Source: Carpediemonas membranifera BICM
Lineage: Eukaryota; Protista; Fornicata
NCBI GenBank assembly: GCA_019828565.1
Contig: JAHDYR010000069.1
Coordinates: forward strand, 438,699 to 502,698
Length of the DNA stretch: 64,000 nt
Direction of reading: 5' to 3'
A program made the position numbers and the translations under genes. A model generated the notes under the pieces. That model was not told where the DNA came from, did no database searches, and worked only from the letters and a program-made list of their open reading frames with translations. Below are positions 1 to 11,206 of the stretch, piece by piece. The first letter of the stretch is position 1. The number at the start of each line of letters is the position of its first letter.

Positions 1-965
1 CGTTCGTCATCTTCGCTGTTCCTGGCTCCATCATCGGCAGTCTGCTCGCCACGTTCATCCCCAGAGCCTCTATTCTCCAGGCGACCTTTTCAGTTTTCAT
101 GCTCAGTCTCGCCATCATCAAGCTCACCAGCATCGGCGGGAGCACGCTGACCAAACTCCTGCGCGTCATCAGGAAACGCAGAGGCGCCAAGGTCTACCCC
201 GCAGTAGACGGTAGCACAGCTGGGACATCTGTGATTATCACCATCGGGACCACCGACTCCGTGACGTCCGACTCGTCCGACTCAGAGGAGACTTTAGACG
301 TGACTGAGGTCATCCCAGACGACGACGCCAGCCAGGGCAGCGCTGCAGAGATCAACGAGTCGGACGAAGAGCCCCTTGACTCTGCCTCGGAGGACGGCCG
401 TGTTGCAGACGGCGAGGTCAGCGTGAGTCTGGACGAGCCTGTCTCGACCCAGCCCGAGTCAAGTCTGTTCGTCGGGCACAAGGGCAGCGTGCCCCGAATG
501 GTGGCCAAGGCATACTGCTCATGCCTCAAGATGACGCTCCGCAGACCGTGGCGCGTCCATCATGTTGCCCTGCCCGACCTGGACGAGCCTATGATGCTCT
601 GGCCCACCCTGCCGCTGTGTACTCTGGCAGCCGCCATGGGTGCCTTCATCGGCATGTCCGGCGGGGTCATCTTCGTCCCGCTGCTGACGATGCTGGCTAA
701 ACTGCCCGCCGCCAAGGCCATCCCGGTCTCGACCATGGCTATCTGGTTCTCCATCTGGTTCGCCGCGGCGACCCGGCTGCTACTCGCGTCCATGGACTTC
801 TACTACGTCGTCCCCATTGGAATCGGGTCCGTGTTCGGCAGCTCTTTTGCACTCAACTCTTTTGGTAAGCTCGACAGCGGTGTGTTGCTCGCTGTGTTTT
901 GGCTTCTGTGCATGTCGTCGGCGCTTCAGATGGGGTATGTGGCGGTCGAGGATCTATTTTTCTAG
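1..965 (+). CDS. TauE/SafE-like (sulfite exporter family) membrane protein, 5'-partial, with long acidic loop
   Basis: Frame open from window start. Hydrophobic segments FVIFAVPGSIIGSLLA and GAFIGMSGGVIFVPLL...AKAIPVS match the TauE G-x-G-G-G-x(3)-VP repeat. Confidence 0.7.
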   Translation, partial: FVIFAVPGSIIGSLLATFIPRASILQATFSVFMLSLAIIKLTSIGGSTLTKLLRVIRKRRGAKVYPAVDGSTAGTSVIITIGTTDSVTSDSSDSEETLDVTEVIPDDDASQGSAAEINESDEEPLDSASEDGRVADGEVSVSLDEPVSTQPESSLFVGHKGSVPRMVAKAYCSCLKMTLRRPWRVHHVALPDLDEPMMLWPTLPLCTLAAAMGAFIGMSGGVIFVPLLTMLAKLPAAKAIPVSTMAIWFSIWFAAATRLLLASMDFYYVVPIGIGSVFGSSFALNSFGKLDSGVLLAVFWLLCMSSALQMGYVAVEDLFF

Positions 966-1207
966 ATATGGGATATATACCAATAAAATACCACGGCGAG
1001 TCGCAGGGTAGGTCAAGGATCGTCTGCTGTGGTCAGCCACCTCGCTGTTCCTTGCCTCTGGGGTGAGGCCAGAGAACTGCTCCCAACCCCCGACCCGTCC
1101 TCATCAATTGATTATATGCCTGGCGTAGATACTATAACCCTCCCACACAGCCAAGCAGAGCCCCGCCAGCCATGGTACCGCGGCGACGCTAACCTGCATG
1201 GTCCGAG

Positions 1208-2011
1208 ATGGTTGAGAGCATGCTTGAGAACAAGAGAGACAACATCGAGGAAGTCTATGGCATCATATGTGCCGAGCAAGGTGAGATTGATAACCTCTCC
1301 AAGGACATCAAGGACCACACCGAGACTGAGATCGCCAGCCGCATTTTCATGCAGGGCACCCTCTACGGCCGCCAGGTTGTCCTCGTTCTCTGCCGCCCCG
1401 GCAAGGTTGCTGCTTCTATCACCGCTACCCTTCTGATCAAGCAGTTCAACGTCGACAAGCTCCTCTTTGTGGGTGTTGCTGGCTCAACGCACCCTGACGT
1501 CCACATCGGCGACATCGTCGTCGGCACCGAGTGCTCCCAGCACGACCTCGACGTCCGCCCCTTCCGCAAGCAGTACGAGGTTCCCGAGCTCGGCGTCACC
1601 TTCTTTGAGTCCGCTCTGGCCGAGAAGTTCTCCGAGGCTGTTTCCGCCTTCCTCGCTGGCAGCTTTAAGTCCGAGTTCGCCGAGTCCAACCTCGACATGT
1701 TCGATATCACCGTCCCCACCCTCCACAAGGGCCTCATCGTCTCCGGGGACCAGTTCATCGCCTCCAAGGAGGTCAAGAGCGCCATTGTCAAGGGCTACAC
1801 CGAGATCCACAGCCACACGCCCCTCGCCTGCGAGATGGAGGGCGCCGCTGTGGCACAGGTGGCATATGAGATGGGCTGCCCTGCTCTCGTTGTCCGTGTC
1901 ATCTCGGACGAGGCCAATGATAAGTCCCTCGACGACTTTGGCGCCTTCCTGACCAAGTGCTCTGGCCCTGTCATCGGAGCTATCGTCCGCGAGTACTTTT
2001 TCAGCCTCTAG
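1208..2011 (+). CDS. mtnN: 5'-methylthioadenosine/S-adenosylhomocysteine nucleosidase (MtnN/Pfs family)
   Basis: GIICAEQGEI, GKVAAS, GVAGS, GDIVV, SGDQFI, CEMEGAAVAQV and RVISD motifs. Confidence 0.92.
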   Translation: MVESMLENKRDNIEEVYGIICAEQGEIDNLSKDIKDHTETEIASRIFMQGTLYGRQVVLVLCRPGKVAASITATLLIKQFNVDKLLFVGVAGSTHPDVHIGDIVVGTECSQHDLDVRPFRKQYEVPELGVTFFESALAEKFSEAVSAFLAGSFKSEFAESNLDMFDITVPTLHKGLIVSGDQFIASKEVKSAIVKGYTEIHSHTPLACEMEGAAVAQVAYEMGCPALVVRVISDEANDKSLDDFGAFLTKCSGPVIGAIVREYFFSL

Positions 2012-2250
2012 AGGGTTGGATTTATAAAAATCGGATCATTCGAGCCGTCTATTCAATTTTTTGAGATTTAGTGTTATGCAGCGAGATTGAGTGGATCAAA
2101 CGTCACTCATATGATTGGGCAGGGTGGGCGTATCGGGCGCTCCCCTTACTCTTCCCTTACAGTTGAAGATCGAGAGTGATCTCGCGATTTGAGATTTTGA
2201 CCCATGCCACCAAACAACACTTTTACTCGCGGATCACTGGTTCAATCACA

Positions 2251-3063
2251 ATGAACGCATGCATTCTCTCAGCTATCTTTCTTCTATTCATTAGTACTGT
2301 CTATGCCACAGATTGCTTGACCTATGGTACGTAGCCTTCGTTTCTTCATTATTCAGGCATTGTCGTCAACGCCACGGCCCACGATACATACGATAACATC
2401 ACAGTCAGCTACAATGTCGTCCCTTCATGCTGGTACTCGTCCATGGCCTCCGACAGCGTCTACTTCTATCTTTCCGACTCCAATGGCGGCTACATGTCCG
2501 ACGGGACCGACGTCTCCTATCTCGCCAACATTTACTACCCTGAACCGTCTGGCGACACCGTCTTCTTCGACTTCTCTGACTACTTTGGCGACAAGAAGTA
2601 CATTTGCGTGGGTGTAGGCGCCACTGACGCCTACGGCTGCACTGAGAACACTATCACCATCGGCGAGCCGGTCCACTGGGCTGCCCTCGTCCTGGTCGGC
2701 TTCATCGTGCTCCTCTTCTTCTGCTCCCCGTGCCTCGTCTGCTGTGTCATCTCCGTCAAGGTCGTCATCATCGTTGGCGCTTTCATGTTCTGCATCTCTC
2801 TCAGCCAGAAGCGCCACAACAAGTACAAGCAGACCATGCTCTCTGGCCCGGCTCCCCAGGCATACACCTCTATCGGCGGACCTCCCGCCTTCAACCAGGC
2901 CTCCGTCCCCATCCCTACCGCCCAGCAGCCCCAGCAGCACTATCCCACACCCAGCTACCAGCCCGCTACATACGGCCAGACGCCCCAGACGTATGCCCAG
3001 GCCCAGTATAACCCGTACGGCGGCCAGGCCCCGCCCCCGCCTCAGGGTGACAGGTACTACTGA
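2251..3063 (+). CDS. Signal-peptide membrane protein with Cys-rich TM region and Pro/Gln/Tyr-rich cytosolic tail; one 30-nt intron (2327-2356)
   Basis: ATG 2251 gives signal peptide MNACILSAIFLLFISTVYA. Removing the GTACGT..TTCAG intron, which holds an in-frame TAG, joins it to ORF 2443-3063. Confidence 0.75.
2327..2356 (+). other. Spliceosomal micro-intron, 30 nt
   Basis: gtacgtagccttcgtttcttcattattcag; removal deletes the in-frame stop and restores a signal-peptide ORF. Confidence 0.8.
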
Positions 3064-3213
3064 GCGGTGAGTGGTTTGATCGTAAATTGATTACCCATGC
3101 TCAAGAAGAAGGAGCTGGGGTCGGATTTTGGACCATTGGCTGCTTGGCCATGTTCTTGATGAGTGGCTGGCCGGCGACGCGAGCCCTGCGGCTACATATT
3201 TGAGTAAATGTGT

Positions 3214-4299
3214 TTAAAAATCGAAAGAGAGGGAAAGGGGCTCGAAAGGGAGCTCGGCCTCCTGGGAGGAGTTGAAGTCGGCCACGCTGTCGTCCAGGAG
3301 CATGCTGGCCAGATCCACAGGGGCGGGGACGGCACTGGGCTCGAGGGCAGGCACGTGCGGCAGCTCGTAGAAGAGCGTGATGACGGCGCGCGTGTTCGTC
3401 GAGTTGTACGCCACGCTGATGCGGTCAGACTCGAGCGCGTCGGCGATGGTCAAGCCATCCTCCTCGGCAAGGCTAGCGGAGCCGACAGTTGGGAAGATTT
3501 GAAGCGGCAGCGTGGCGAGCACGGAGGAGTTGGCGGCTGCGTCGCCCGCCTTGCACTCGCGGGTCCACCTGGACCGCAGGTGGGAGACAAGCTGGCACAC
3601 GTTTGTCGACAGCATGCTCGCGGGGATCGCGAAGCGGGGCTCGACTGTAGCTCTGCAATTCCGGACAAACTGGGCTGCCTTCGACTCGGCGCCGCGTCTA
3701 GGCTCCAGCCGCACTCTGAAATCGCATTCGGCAGGGCTGGAGGGACGCGTGCTGGGCGTCGCGGTGCCCGGAGTGAGGGGCGTCATCAGGCCCCGGCCCA
3801 TGACCGCACCAGTGTCGATGGCGCGGATGGGTGTCGCCGGCTCGATGGGGCGCATGGTGCGGGACTCCATGGCGGCCCGCTTGGCGGCCTTGTCCCTGTT
3901 GGCGATGTTGAGCTGTTTGAGCACATCCGAGACGCGGTCGGCGATGCGCTGAAGCATCTCCTGGCCCTCAGGCGCAGTGGAGAACGCGAGGTTGACGGTG
4001 TACTTCTTCAGGCCCGACCGCTTGAACTCGACAAGCGTGTGGCGGAACTCGCGGAGGATGATGAAGCAATGCGCGCGGTTGTGGTGGTCGGGGACAAATT
4101 GGCCGCAGTATGGCCTTATCTGAGAAGCTAGAGTGCGCGCAGTGCTCTTGTAGATGATCTTGGCCTCCTGGCTGGTGAGATACCTTTGTGCTTTGGTGGT
4201 AAGGCCGCTGCAGATGGCCTCCCAGTTTCCAGCCTTGTGGCGGATGATATTCTCGATCAGTTGCATGCGTCCTTTCGCTGATTCTACGTTTCCTTGCAT
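3214..4299 (-). CDS. Hypothetical protein
   Basis: Long ORF from ATG 4299 (MQGNVESAKG) with host-like codon usage; no family recognised. Confidence 0.65.
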   Translation of the reverse strand: MQGNVESAKGRMQLIENIIRHKAGNWEAICSGLTTKAQRYLTSQEAKIIYKSTARTLASQIRPYCGQFVPDHHNRAHCFIILREFRHTLVEFKRSGLKKYTVNLAFSTAPEGQEMLQRIADRVSDVLKQLNIANRDKAAKRAAMESRTMRPIEPATPIRAIDTGAVMGRGLMTPLTPGTATPSTRPSSPAECDFRVRLEPRRGAESKAAQFVRNCRATVEPRFAIPASMLSTNVCQLVSHLRSRWTRECKAGDAAANSSVLATLPLQIFPTVGSASLAEEDGLTIADALESDRISVAYNSTNTRAVITLFYELPHVPALEPSAVPAPVDLASMLLDDSVADFNSSQEAELPFEPLSLSFDF

Positions 4300-4515
4300 A
4301 TTGGTGGTTTTCGTTCTGGCGCGCCGACAATTGCAAAACGCGCGCTCATCAAATGACCAATCAAATCTCAAGATTGCGCCATTTCGTGAAGCCAGCCAAA
4401 CACAGGGAAACGTCAAAACTACCCAGCACCGCTTCCCTGCGATCGGCTCGGTCTCTGGCTTGAGTCGATTCTCCTTTCAACGCCACTTGAACCAGAGTAA
4501 TTGTGCTTTAAAAAC

Positions 4516-7383
4516 TTATAGCAGCTCAGGGCCAGCCCACGAGTCGAGGCACGCCCTCAGCACCCTCTGCGCGGCATACTCTGCCGCGGCCACCTCCTTG
4601 CTGCCGACTTCCTTGCGGTCCTGGGCCATCGCTTTCCACCGATAGAACACGCCACTCGTTACCCGCTCGACCCTGATCTCAGCCAGCATTCGCCCAGACC
4701 TGCGCGCACTGACTCGACTCAGAGTCAAATCGGACCATGCGCTGAGAGAGTTGAGGGCAATGGCCCGGCTGTGGTTCTTGGACATAACATCAGCAGCTGC
4801 ACGCTCGAGACGGACCATAACGGACCAGGCCCGCCAGGCTCGGAACACGGCGTTCACGCGGCTTGTGTCGACAATCTGCCCGGTCGCATCCAAAGCGGCA
4901 TGGTGCGCCGCACGACGGGAAGCATACACACGCCAGGCTAGGAAAACTTCCCGCTCGGTGTGGTAGCTCCTTACTGCGTGCAGATTGTGCGAGACTGACG
5001 CGGCATGGACGCCATCATCATAGACACGGACCATCGTCTCAAAGGCATGCCGGAGAGGGTTGTGACGCTTGTTGAGGATGCCCTTGAGGTCTCGGGAGGT
5101 GTGCTCGAGCACGGTCATGCGATACCAGTGCCGGAGCGACTCAACGCGCAGTTTAGCGCTGACTCGGTTGACAGTCATGGACTCGGCCAGCTCGCACTTG
5201 CGGCGCCTTCTATTGAAGTCTCTGAGCGCCCTATAAGTCTTGGGGACGATTCTCTTGTCATGGAATGCAACCGCGACTCGCCACTGCTGCTGAGCCCTCC
5301 GATTCTCCCACAGCGCGACGAACACGCGATACAGCGTACTCTCGTGGTCGAACTGCCTGGCAAGTCTCATGTTCTCCCACTTCCGTCTTCTCTGCCTTGC
5401 CGCCGCGGCCCATGCGAGCAGGGCGACTCTGGCAGAGTCACGGAGGGCGGGCATGGACTCTCCTCTCCCAAGACAGAGCTGGCCAAGCACGAGCATGGCG
5501 CGCTGTCTCGTGGCGGGAGAGAGGGCGGCGAACCGGCTGGCGAGGACCATGCGACGCTCCTCGGCGTGGGCCTGGCGGTGGGCGACTTCGGCCCAGGCGA
5601 AGAGAATCTCCTTGGCGATGGCGCGGTTGTGGGCGAGCTGGGCGATCTCGAAGGCTTGGGTGATCCTCGCTTTCCGGCGCCACAGCCCCATCACGGTGCT
5701 GAGTTCGGCTCGCCTCTTGTCCTCGAGCACTGCACGGTGCCTTGCCCGAGTCGCTGCACGAAGCCGCCATTGCGCCAGAACTGACTGCTTGGAGAGCTCC
5801 TCGCGTCTGGCTATTACCCGCTGCTCTGTTTGTACCAGATCCAGCACCCCGACCCAGTGGGCCATAGTTGCGGTCTTCGTCTTCGTCTGCTGTCTCGCGA
5901 TATGCTGGTGGTATAGCTGCATGAGCTCGAAAGCTCTGGTCCACTTCGCGAGGGACTTGCGGAGGCGCCGCTCGACACAGGCGCGAGATGCATCGCGTGC
6001 GGCGACGATATCCCAGGTAAGGCCACGCCAGTGTGCAAAGTTGGACGTGACACTGCCGGTCTCTTTGGCCTGCCTGTGTTGCTCGTACAGCCCGTGGAGC
6101 CGCGCCTCCCTCCGCCACACTGCCAGCCCTCTTTCCAAGCGTGCCCGGTCGACTGTCGCGACAGCCTTGCCGTCGTCGACCCGCTGCGCCTCTTTGCTCT
6201 CCTTCCAATCGGCCATGGTACGAGTGAGGACCTTTGTCTCGTGGTACTCCGCGGCCTGCTCAATGCGGCGGGCCCGGCTGAGCTCCTCCTGCCAGATACG
6301 AAGAGCGTCACACGCGACACGGCGGTTCATGCTGATGGCGAACGTGTGTGCCTTAGCCTGAGTCCGCCAGCTGACGAGAGAACCGCGCATGAGACGGCAT
6401 GCCCGATGTAGGGCGGCGGCCTCAAGGTCCTCGCGGGCAGCCCAGTCGGCACTGGCGCTCGACCGCAAGATCGCGGACCGCTCGGTGACAATGTCATCAT
6501 CGTTGCTGTCACTATCCGAATCCTCCTGCTCGACCACACTTGTCTCCGATTCCGGCGCGCTGGAAGTATAGTAGTATCTTCTGCCGGCCCTGGGGAGAGG
6601 GGTGTCAGGCACTTCGGGAAGCTGCTGGGCACGTGTCGCGGGGTCTGTCTCGGGCTGGGCGGGTGTGGTCGATCGCCCAGCTATTCTTCCAGCGCTGGGT
6701 GTGGCTGGGCGGCCGGGCAAGTCTGATGACTGTCTCCTGCTCGAGCTCCTCATCTCATCCTCGGCCTCGTTCTCCACCAGTGTAGGAAGCTTCTTGCTAC
6801 TCGCCCATCCGGGCCTTTTGACAGAAGACGACGCTTGGCTGGTAAAGGCCGACATCAACTCCCTCGGCGAGTCAAGCATCATCGCTAGGGTGTTAAAGTC
6901 GGTGGGGGCGGGCGGAGTGTCCATCAGCTGACTGATGCTGAGCGACGAGGCCAGCGTGGGGCCGGGAAGGACGGCGACGCTGTGGTGTCGTTTCTTGAGG
7001 ACAGGTGCCCGGCTGGGAGAGGCGCTTGCTGAGGCGGTGGATGGACGACGTGTGCTTGTGTAGTTGTAGAGTGCGCTAAACGCGTTGCGTAGGTGGCGTA
7101 GGCGGTTGAAGCGGGCAGCATTGGCATCGTTCGTTCGTGCACGTCGCACAATCTCAAGCCGCTCGGTCCAATTCGGTGTCTCAGTGATCTCACTCATAGC
7201 CATGATCAGCTCGTACATCATCTTATCAGTTCTGCTGCCTTGATCGTGAGAGGAGGAGGCGTTCTGGTTGAGCGCAGTAATCAACGCCGTGAGAGAAACT
7301 GGAATGTCTTCAGTTGTGAGCGATGATATTAATCGTTGGACACCGGCGGCGGCCTTCCCAATGGCTCGCACATCCCCAGACAT
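4516..7383 (-). CDS. Sfi1-like centrin-binding repeat protein
   Basis: 955 aa; regularly spaced [LF]-x-x-W-[RK] motifs (LVSWR, LRIWQ, LAVWR, FAHWR, LAQWR, FLAWR, FRAWR, FYRWK) in helical repeats. Confidence 0.75.
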   Translation of the reverse strand: MSGDVRAIGKAAAGVQRLISSLTTEDIPVSLTALITALNQNASSSHDQGSRTDKMMYELIMAMSEITETPNWTERLEIVRRARTNDANAARFNRLRHLRNAFSALYNYTSTRRPSTASASASPSRAPVLKKRHHSVAVLPGPTLASSLSISQLMDTPPAPTDFNTLAMMLDSPRELMSAFTSQASSSVKRPGWASSKKLPTLVENEAEDEMRSSSRRQSSDLPGRPATPSAGRIAGRSTTPAQPETDPATRAQQLPEVPDTPLPRAGRRYYYTSSAPESETSVVEQEDSDSDSNDDDIVTERSAILRSSASADWAAREDLEAAALHRACRLMRGSLVSWRTQAKAHTFAISMNRRVACDALRIWQEELSRARRIEQAAEYHETKVLTRTMADWKESKEAQRVDDGKAVATVDRARLERGLAVWRREARLHGLYEQHRQAKETGSVTSNFAHWRGLTWDIVAARDASRACVERRLRKSLAKWTRAFELMQLYHQHIARQQTKTKTATMAHWVGVLDLVQTEQRVIARREELSKQSVLAQWRLRAATRARHRAVLEDKRRAELSTVMGLWRRKARITQAFEIAQLAHNRAIAKEILFAWAEVAHRQAHAEERRMVLASRFAALSPATRQRAMLVLGQLCLGRGESMPALRDSARVALLAWAAAARQRRRKWENMRLARQFDHESTLYRVFVALWENRRAQQQWRVAVAFHDKRIVPKTYRALRDFNRRRRKCELAESMTVNRVSAKLRVESLRHWYRMTVLEHTSRDLKGILNKRHNPLRHAFETMVRVYDDGVHAASVSHNLHAVRSYHTEREVFLAWRVYASRRAAHHAALDATGQIVDTSRVNAVFRAWRAWSVMVRLERAAADVMSKNHSRAIALNSLSAWSDLTLSRVSARRSGRMLAEIRVERVTSGVFYRWKAMAQDRKEVGSKEVAAAEYAAQRVLRACLDSWAGPELL

Positions 7384-7618
7384 GGTTGAGTTTTTTGGGA
7401 CTTCGGATTAGAGTCGGTCGAGAGTCAATCGTCTGGGTGTGGTCGATGAGGGCTGGCACGGCGCTGTAGATGCCGGAAGACGGTCATCCGAGTCTTTAAA
7501 CGAAGATTTTTGGTCCATCTTTCGAGAGCAGGAAGTGCCGGGCAGGCTTTGGACAAGAAATCAAGGAAACACGGCCGGGGACGGTTTAAATATAGCACCA
7601 CGGGTCTTCACCAGACAC

Positions 7619-8074
7619 TCACTGAGCCTTCGCGTACTTCTCGGTCCATTCCTTCGCGATCTGCATTGCCTTCTCGGGCTCCTCGATCCAGACCTTCGCC
7701 GCGGCGTTGTTAAGAGGATCGTCTGGGTTAGGGGTTGACATCAGCGCCTGGATGCTGAGTAGAACGCCGCGGATCTGCAAGGCCGGGGACCACTCGTTTT
7801 GAGTGAGGATGTTGAGGCAAATGCGCCCAAGCCTGTCGACGTTAGGATGCCAGACGGGAGTGAGGAAACGGACCTTTGGCGGAGCCATCGGATAGTTGTC
7901 GGGAATGTACAACTCCAGCCTGAATTGGCCGCCAGCATAACAGGTCTCGGAAGGCCCACTCAGGTGGATGTTGAAATGGTGCATGTTGTCCTCATTCACT
8001 GAGGCACTGATTCCGGGAATGCCACCACGAAGGAGATCCTTCGTCTCTTTCTGGATTCTCATAGCAAAGGCCAT
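7619..8074 (-). CDS. UBC13: Ubiquitin-conjugating enzyme E2 N (Ubc13)
   Basis: YPMAPPKVRFLT, HPNVDRLGRICL, WSPALQIR and PNPDDPL are Ubc13 signatures. Confidence 0.9.
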   Translation of the reverse strand: MAFAMRIQKETKDLLRGGIPGISASVNEDNMHHFNIHLSGPSETCYAGGQFRLELYIPDNYPMAPPKVRFLTPVWHPNVDRLGRICLNILTQNEWSPALQIRGVLLSIQALMSTPNPDDPLNNAAAKVWIEEPEKAMQIAKEWTEKYAKAQ

Positions 8075-8321
8075 CTTGACCGGGATTAACCTGCACGTTG
8101 AATTTATCGAGTGTGATTTGCCCCATTCAGGCAGAGCAACACGCTCACTCTGCCCCTGTCGCCTCTATAGCCTCTAACCTGCCCTCCAGCTCCGGCATGG
8201 ACCCAGACACCGGCTGAGCTCTGACCTCCTGCCCTGGTCGACAGTCACCAAACCGGCAAGAAATACATTTAAAAGACAAAGATATACCTGTCCAATACAC
8301 TACAGCTGTTCAAGAACTCCG

Positions 8322-9458
8322 TCAATCGACGTCGGCAAAGCTGCCGGCCATCTCCTCAGCGTCCTCCTGCATCTCGTCCGCCTCCGCCAGCAGCTTCGAC
8401 ACCGCCGCGCTCTCAGCAATCCTGCCCCTCTGCGTCGAGTCCTCCTGCGCCACCGTGCACTGTGCCTCGAGACGCCTGATCTTCCTCAGCAGCTCCTGGA
8501 CCTCCTCGGCGTGCATGGCGTCCGACTCCTTGGCCAGCTCTTTCAGCTCGTCGTTCTCAGCACGGACCTCCGCCAGCTTATCGAGGAACTTGTCGACCTT
8601 ATTCTGCATCTCTGCGAGTTCTTTCTCCGTGTCGGCGACGGCAGTCATGCCCTTGGCGTGGAGCTCCTCGGCCACACGCTGTTTCTTGACAAGCTCCTCC
8701 TTGTCCTTAGCGGCCACCTCAGCCTCCTTCTTGGCCTCTTCCTCGCCCTTCTTCGCCTCAGTCACCTGTTCCCGCAACCTCTCAATCTCTGCGGCGAGCT
8801 TCAGAATAGTCTGTCCCGCCTCAGATAAGTTACCCCTCAGCGTCTCAACCTCGGCCTCGAACTCTCCTCTGGCGTGCACGGCGTCCTCGGCATATGCTTT
8901 CCACTCCATGCAAGAGTCCCGCTGTGCCTTGAACTTTTCGAGAGCGGTGTTCAAGCTTGAAGTCAGCTTCGCAATGTACTGGTCCCGCGCCTTGATGTCG
9001 CTGCTGACGACCGAGAGCGTTTCATTGATAGCCCGCTGTGACATGCCTGAGAGCTCTTCCTCGAGCTCAGAAACACGGCGGCGGAGGCGGTTCCTATCGG
9101 CCACGGTCTTCGTGTGCCGGGACTCGAGATCTTGCATGTCTTCGAGGATGCGTTCAAGGCCTCTGGCCTCGTCACTCGAGTCGACAGCCTGTGCTTTGCT
9201 TTCGAGGTCTGTAATCGTCTGCTTCAGTGTCGTAATCATGTCATCCTTTGCTGCTAGCGACCTCTCAAGATCACTCTTGGAGTCGCTTGATTGGCGACTC
9301 CACTCAGGGCCAGTGCGCTGCTCCTCTTCTTGCATATCTTCCTGAAGCGCGCGAATCGTGGCGCTGATGTGATCTATTCTGTTCTGTGCTCTAGTACGAT
9401 CAAAAGGCGATGGTGGAACAGACATTGGTGTCCTCGGCGGCATTGCATCGCTGCTCAT
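8322..9458 (-). CDS. Long coiled-coil protein
   Basis: E/K/A/L-rich heptad pattern over about 330 aa; first ATG at 9458. Confidence 0.7.
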   Translation of the reverse strand: MSSDAMPPRTPMSVPPSPFDRTRAQNRIDHISATIRALQEDMQEEEQRTGPEWSRQSSDSKSDLERSLAAKDDMITTLKQTITDLESKAQAVDSSDEARGLERILEDMQDLESRHTKTVADRNRLRRRVSELEEELSGMSQRAINETLSVVSSDIKARDQYIAKLTSSLNTALEKFKAQRDSCMEWKAYAEDAVHARGEFEAEVETLRGNLSEAGQTILKLAAEIERLREQVTEAKKGEEEAKKEAEVAAKDKEELVKKQRVAEELHAKGMTAVADTEKELAEMQNKVDKFLDKLAEVRAENDELKELAKESDAMHAEEVQELLRKIRRLEAQCTVAQEDSTQRGRIAESAAVSKLLAEADEMQEDAEEMAGSFADVD

Positions 9459-9561
9459 TGCAGTCGGTGGTGTCTTCAGAAATCTCTCATTTACGATGAT
9501 ACATAACCCCACATAACTCCGCCATACCCCAGCCCACTAATATGTATTTACCGTAAACGCT

Positions 9562-11206
9562 CTAGCAGGTCATATACTGCACCAGATACTCCTTGAGCGC
9601 GTCCTGGGGGTCAATCTTGTGCTGGTAGAGCACGACCGCGTAGCCAGGCTTGGACGGCCCCACGAGGTTCAAGTGGTGGACGAACACGGCGCTGTCGTAC
9701 TTGGTGCAGACCACGTTGTACTGCTGGGCCACGTCGATGTCCTTGGGCGAGATGCTCAGCATATAGTGCGGCAGCTCCGCGTAGTTCGCACTAAAGGCGA
9801 GCTCGTCGACCCTGCTCTCCCGCTCGACGGGCTGGGCGGGGTCCGGGTGGTAGTTGAGGTCGAGTAGCATCTTCAGCTCTGCCCCGGTCAGTGTGAGGAG
9901 GTAAAAGTCGTCTGGGAAGGGGATGATCGTGTAGAGGTCACCCGTGGTCACCTGGCCGGCGTACATATTGGCCCTAAGAAGCCCTCTGTTGAGCAGCGAG
10001 ACAGTCGGGGTTGCGGGGGCGGGGGTGACGTAGACGATCTTCTCCATGACCTTGAAGAAGAAGTAGAGGAAGGACGACTCCTTGTCGGGCCCGTACGGGG
10101 CAGTGGTGCGACTGTACTTCTTGTCGGAGCAGCCGAGGACGTGGTCGAGGCGCAGCTCGCGGTTCATCTGGTCGACCTCGGCCTGCATCGCCTTGGACTG
10201 CTGGGTCTCGAACTCAGCGCCACCGACAGCCCTGGTGAATGAGCTAGTATACGCGGAGACGGACTTGTGGCTGGGGAGGTCGGCCCACTGCCACTTGCCC
10301 GAGGCGCGGGTGAAGTGCAGGTCCATCTCGACGAACATGTAGAGGTAGCACATGGGCTCGGACATGAAGCACTGGGGGTCAGTCGACCCGTCGGCGGCGA
10401 TGCAGTTGGCGTGGCGGAACTGGTGGGAGTGGCCCGTCAGGAGGAGGAGGGGCGTGTCGGGCATCAGGGCGCGCTGGGCGAGGTAGATGTTGTTGTTCTG
10501 AGGGTCAGATGTGGCGATGTGGTTGAGGTTGATCACAAAGTCGGGCTTCTCCTTCTCGATGACGGCCTTGAACCAATCAGAGTTGATCGTCTCGACCGCG
10601 TCGGCTACATAAGCGTCGGCGATGTCGTGGTCGAAGTTGTAGATCCAGCCGAAGATGATGACCTTCATGTCGAACTTCTTGAGCGTCATGGTGCGGTAAC
10701 GGGTCTGGCCGAGGGGCTTCATGTCCTCCTGGCTCTCGCCCTTGTTGGAGCCCCAGATGGTGTTGGTAGTAACGTAGAGATCGGACTCAGTGAAGAGGTC
10801 GGAGGCGTGGTCGTGCAGCATCTTCACAGTGTCGGGGAGGCCGAGCTCGTGGTTGCCCACAGTCATGCCGTCGTACGGCAGGTGCTTCATCATCGCGAAG
10901 ATGAAGGAGCCGTCAATGTCGGTAGCGTCGCTGAAGCCCGTGCCCTGGACCTGGTCACCAGAGTCGAGGAGGAGGAACTCAGTGGCCTCGTCATCGTCAA
11001 TCATTCCCTTCTCGGTCTCCACCAGCCCAAGGAAGTCAGCAAGGCCCTCAGTCATGTGCTGGTGGGGATGGGCATCAACCCAGCCGTGGATATCGCCTGT
11101 GTGAGGAGCATTCGTATGACGAACTCGTTTGCCAGATCCGAAGAGTGCCGCTCATTGGCGCACCGAGCACGCAGATCAATAAAAGTGTTACTAGCAGTAG
11201 CTTCAT
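9562..11206 (-). CDS. Secreted 5'-nucleotidase-like calcineurin-type metallophosphoesterase; one 28-nt intron
   Basis: Signal peptide MKLLLVTLLLICVLG. Splicing 11097-11124 creates TSDIHGW. DSGD, GNHE, GHSH and a C-terminal 5'-nucleotidase domain (NRGLLRANMYAG..IIPF) follow. Confidence 0.85.
11097..11124 (-). other. Spliceosomal micro-intron, 28 nt
   Basis: gttcgtcatacgaatgctcctcacacag; removal restores the DxH metallophosphoesterase motif in frame. Confidence 0.85.
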
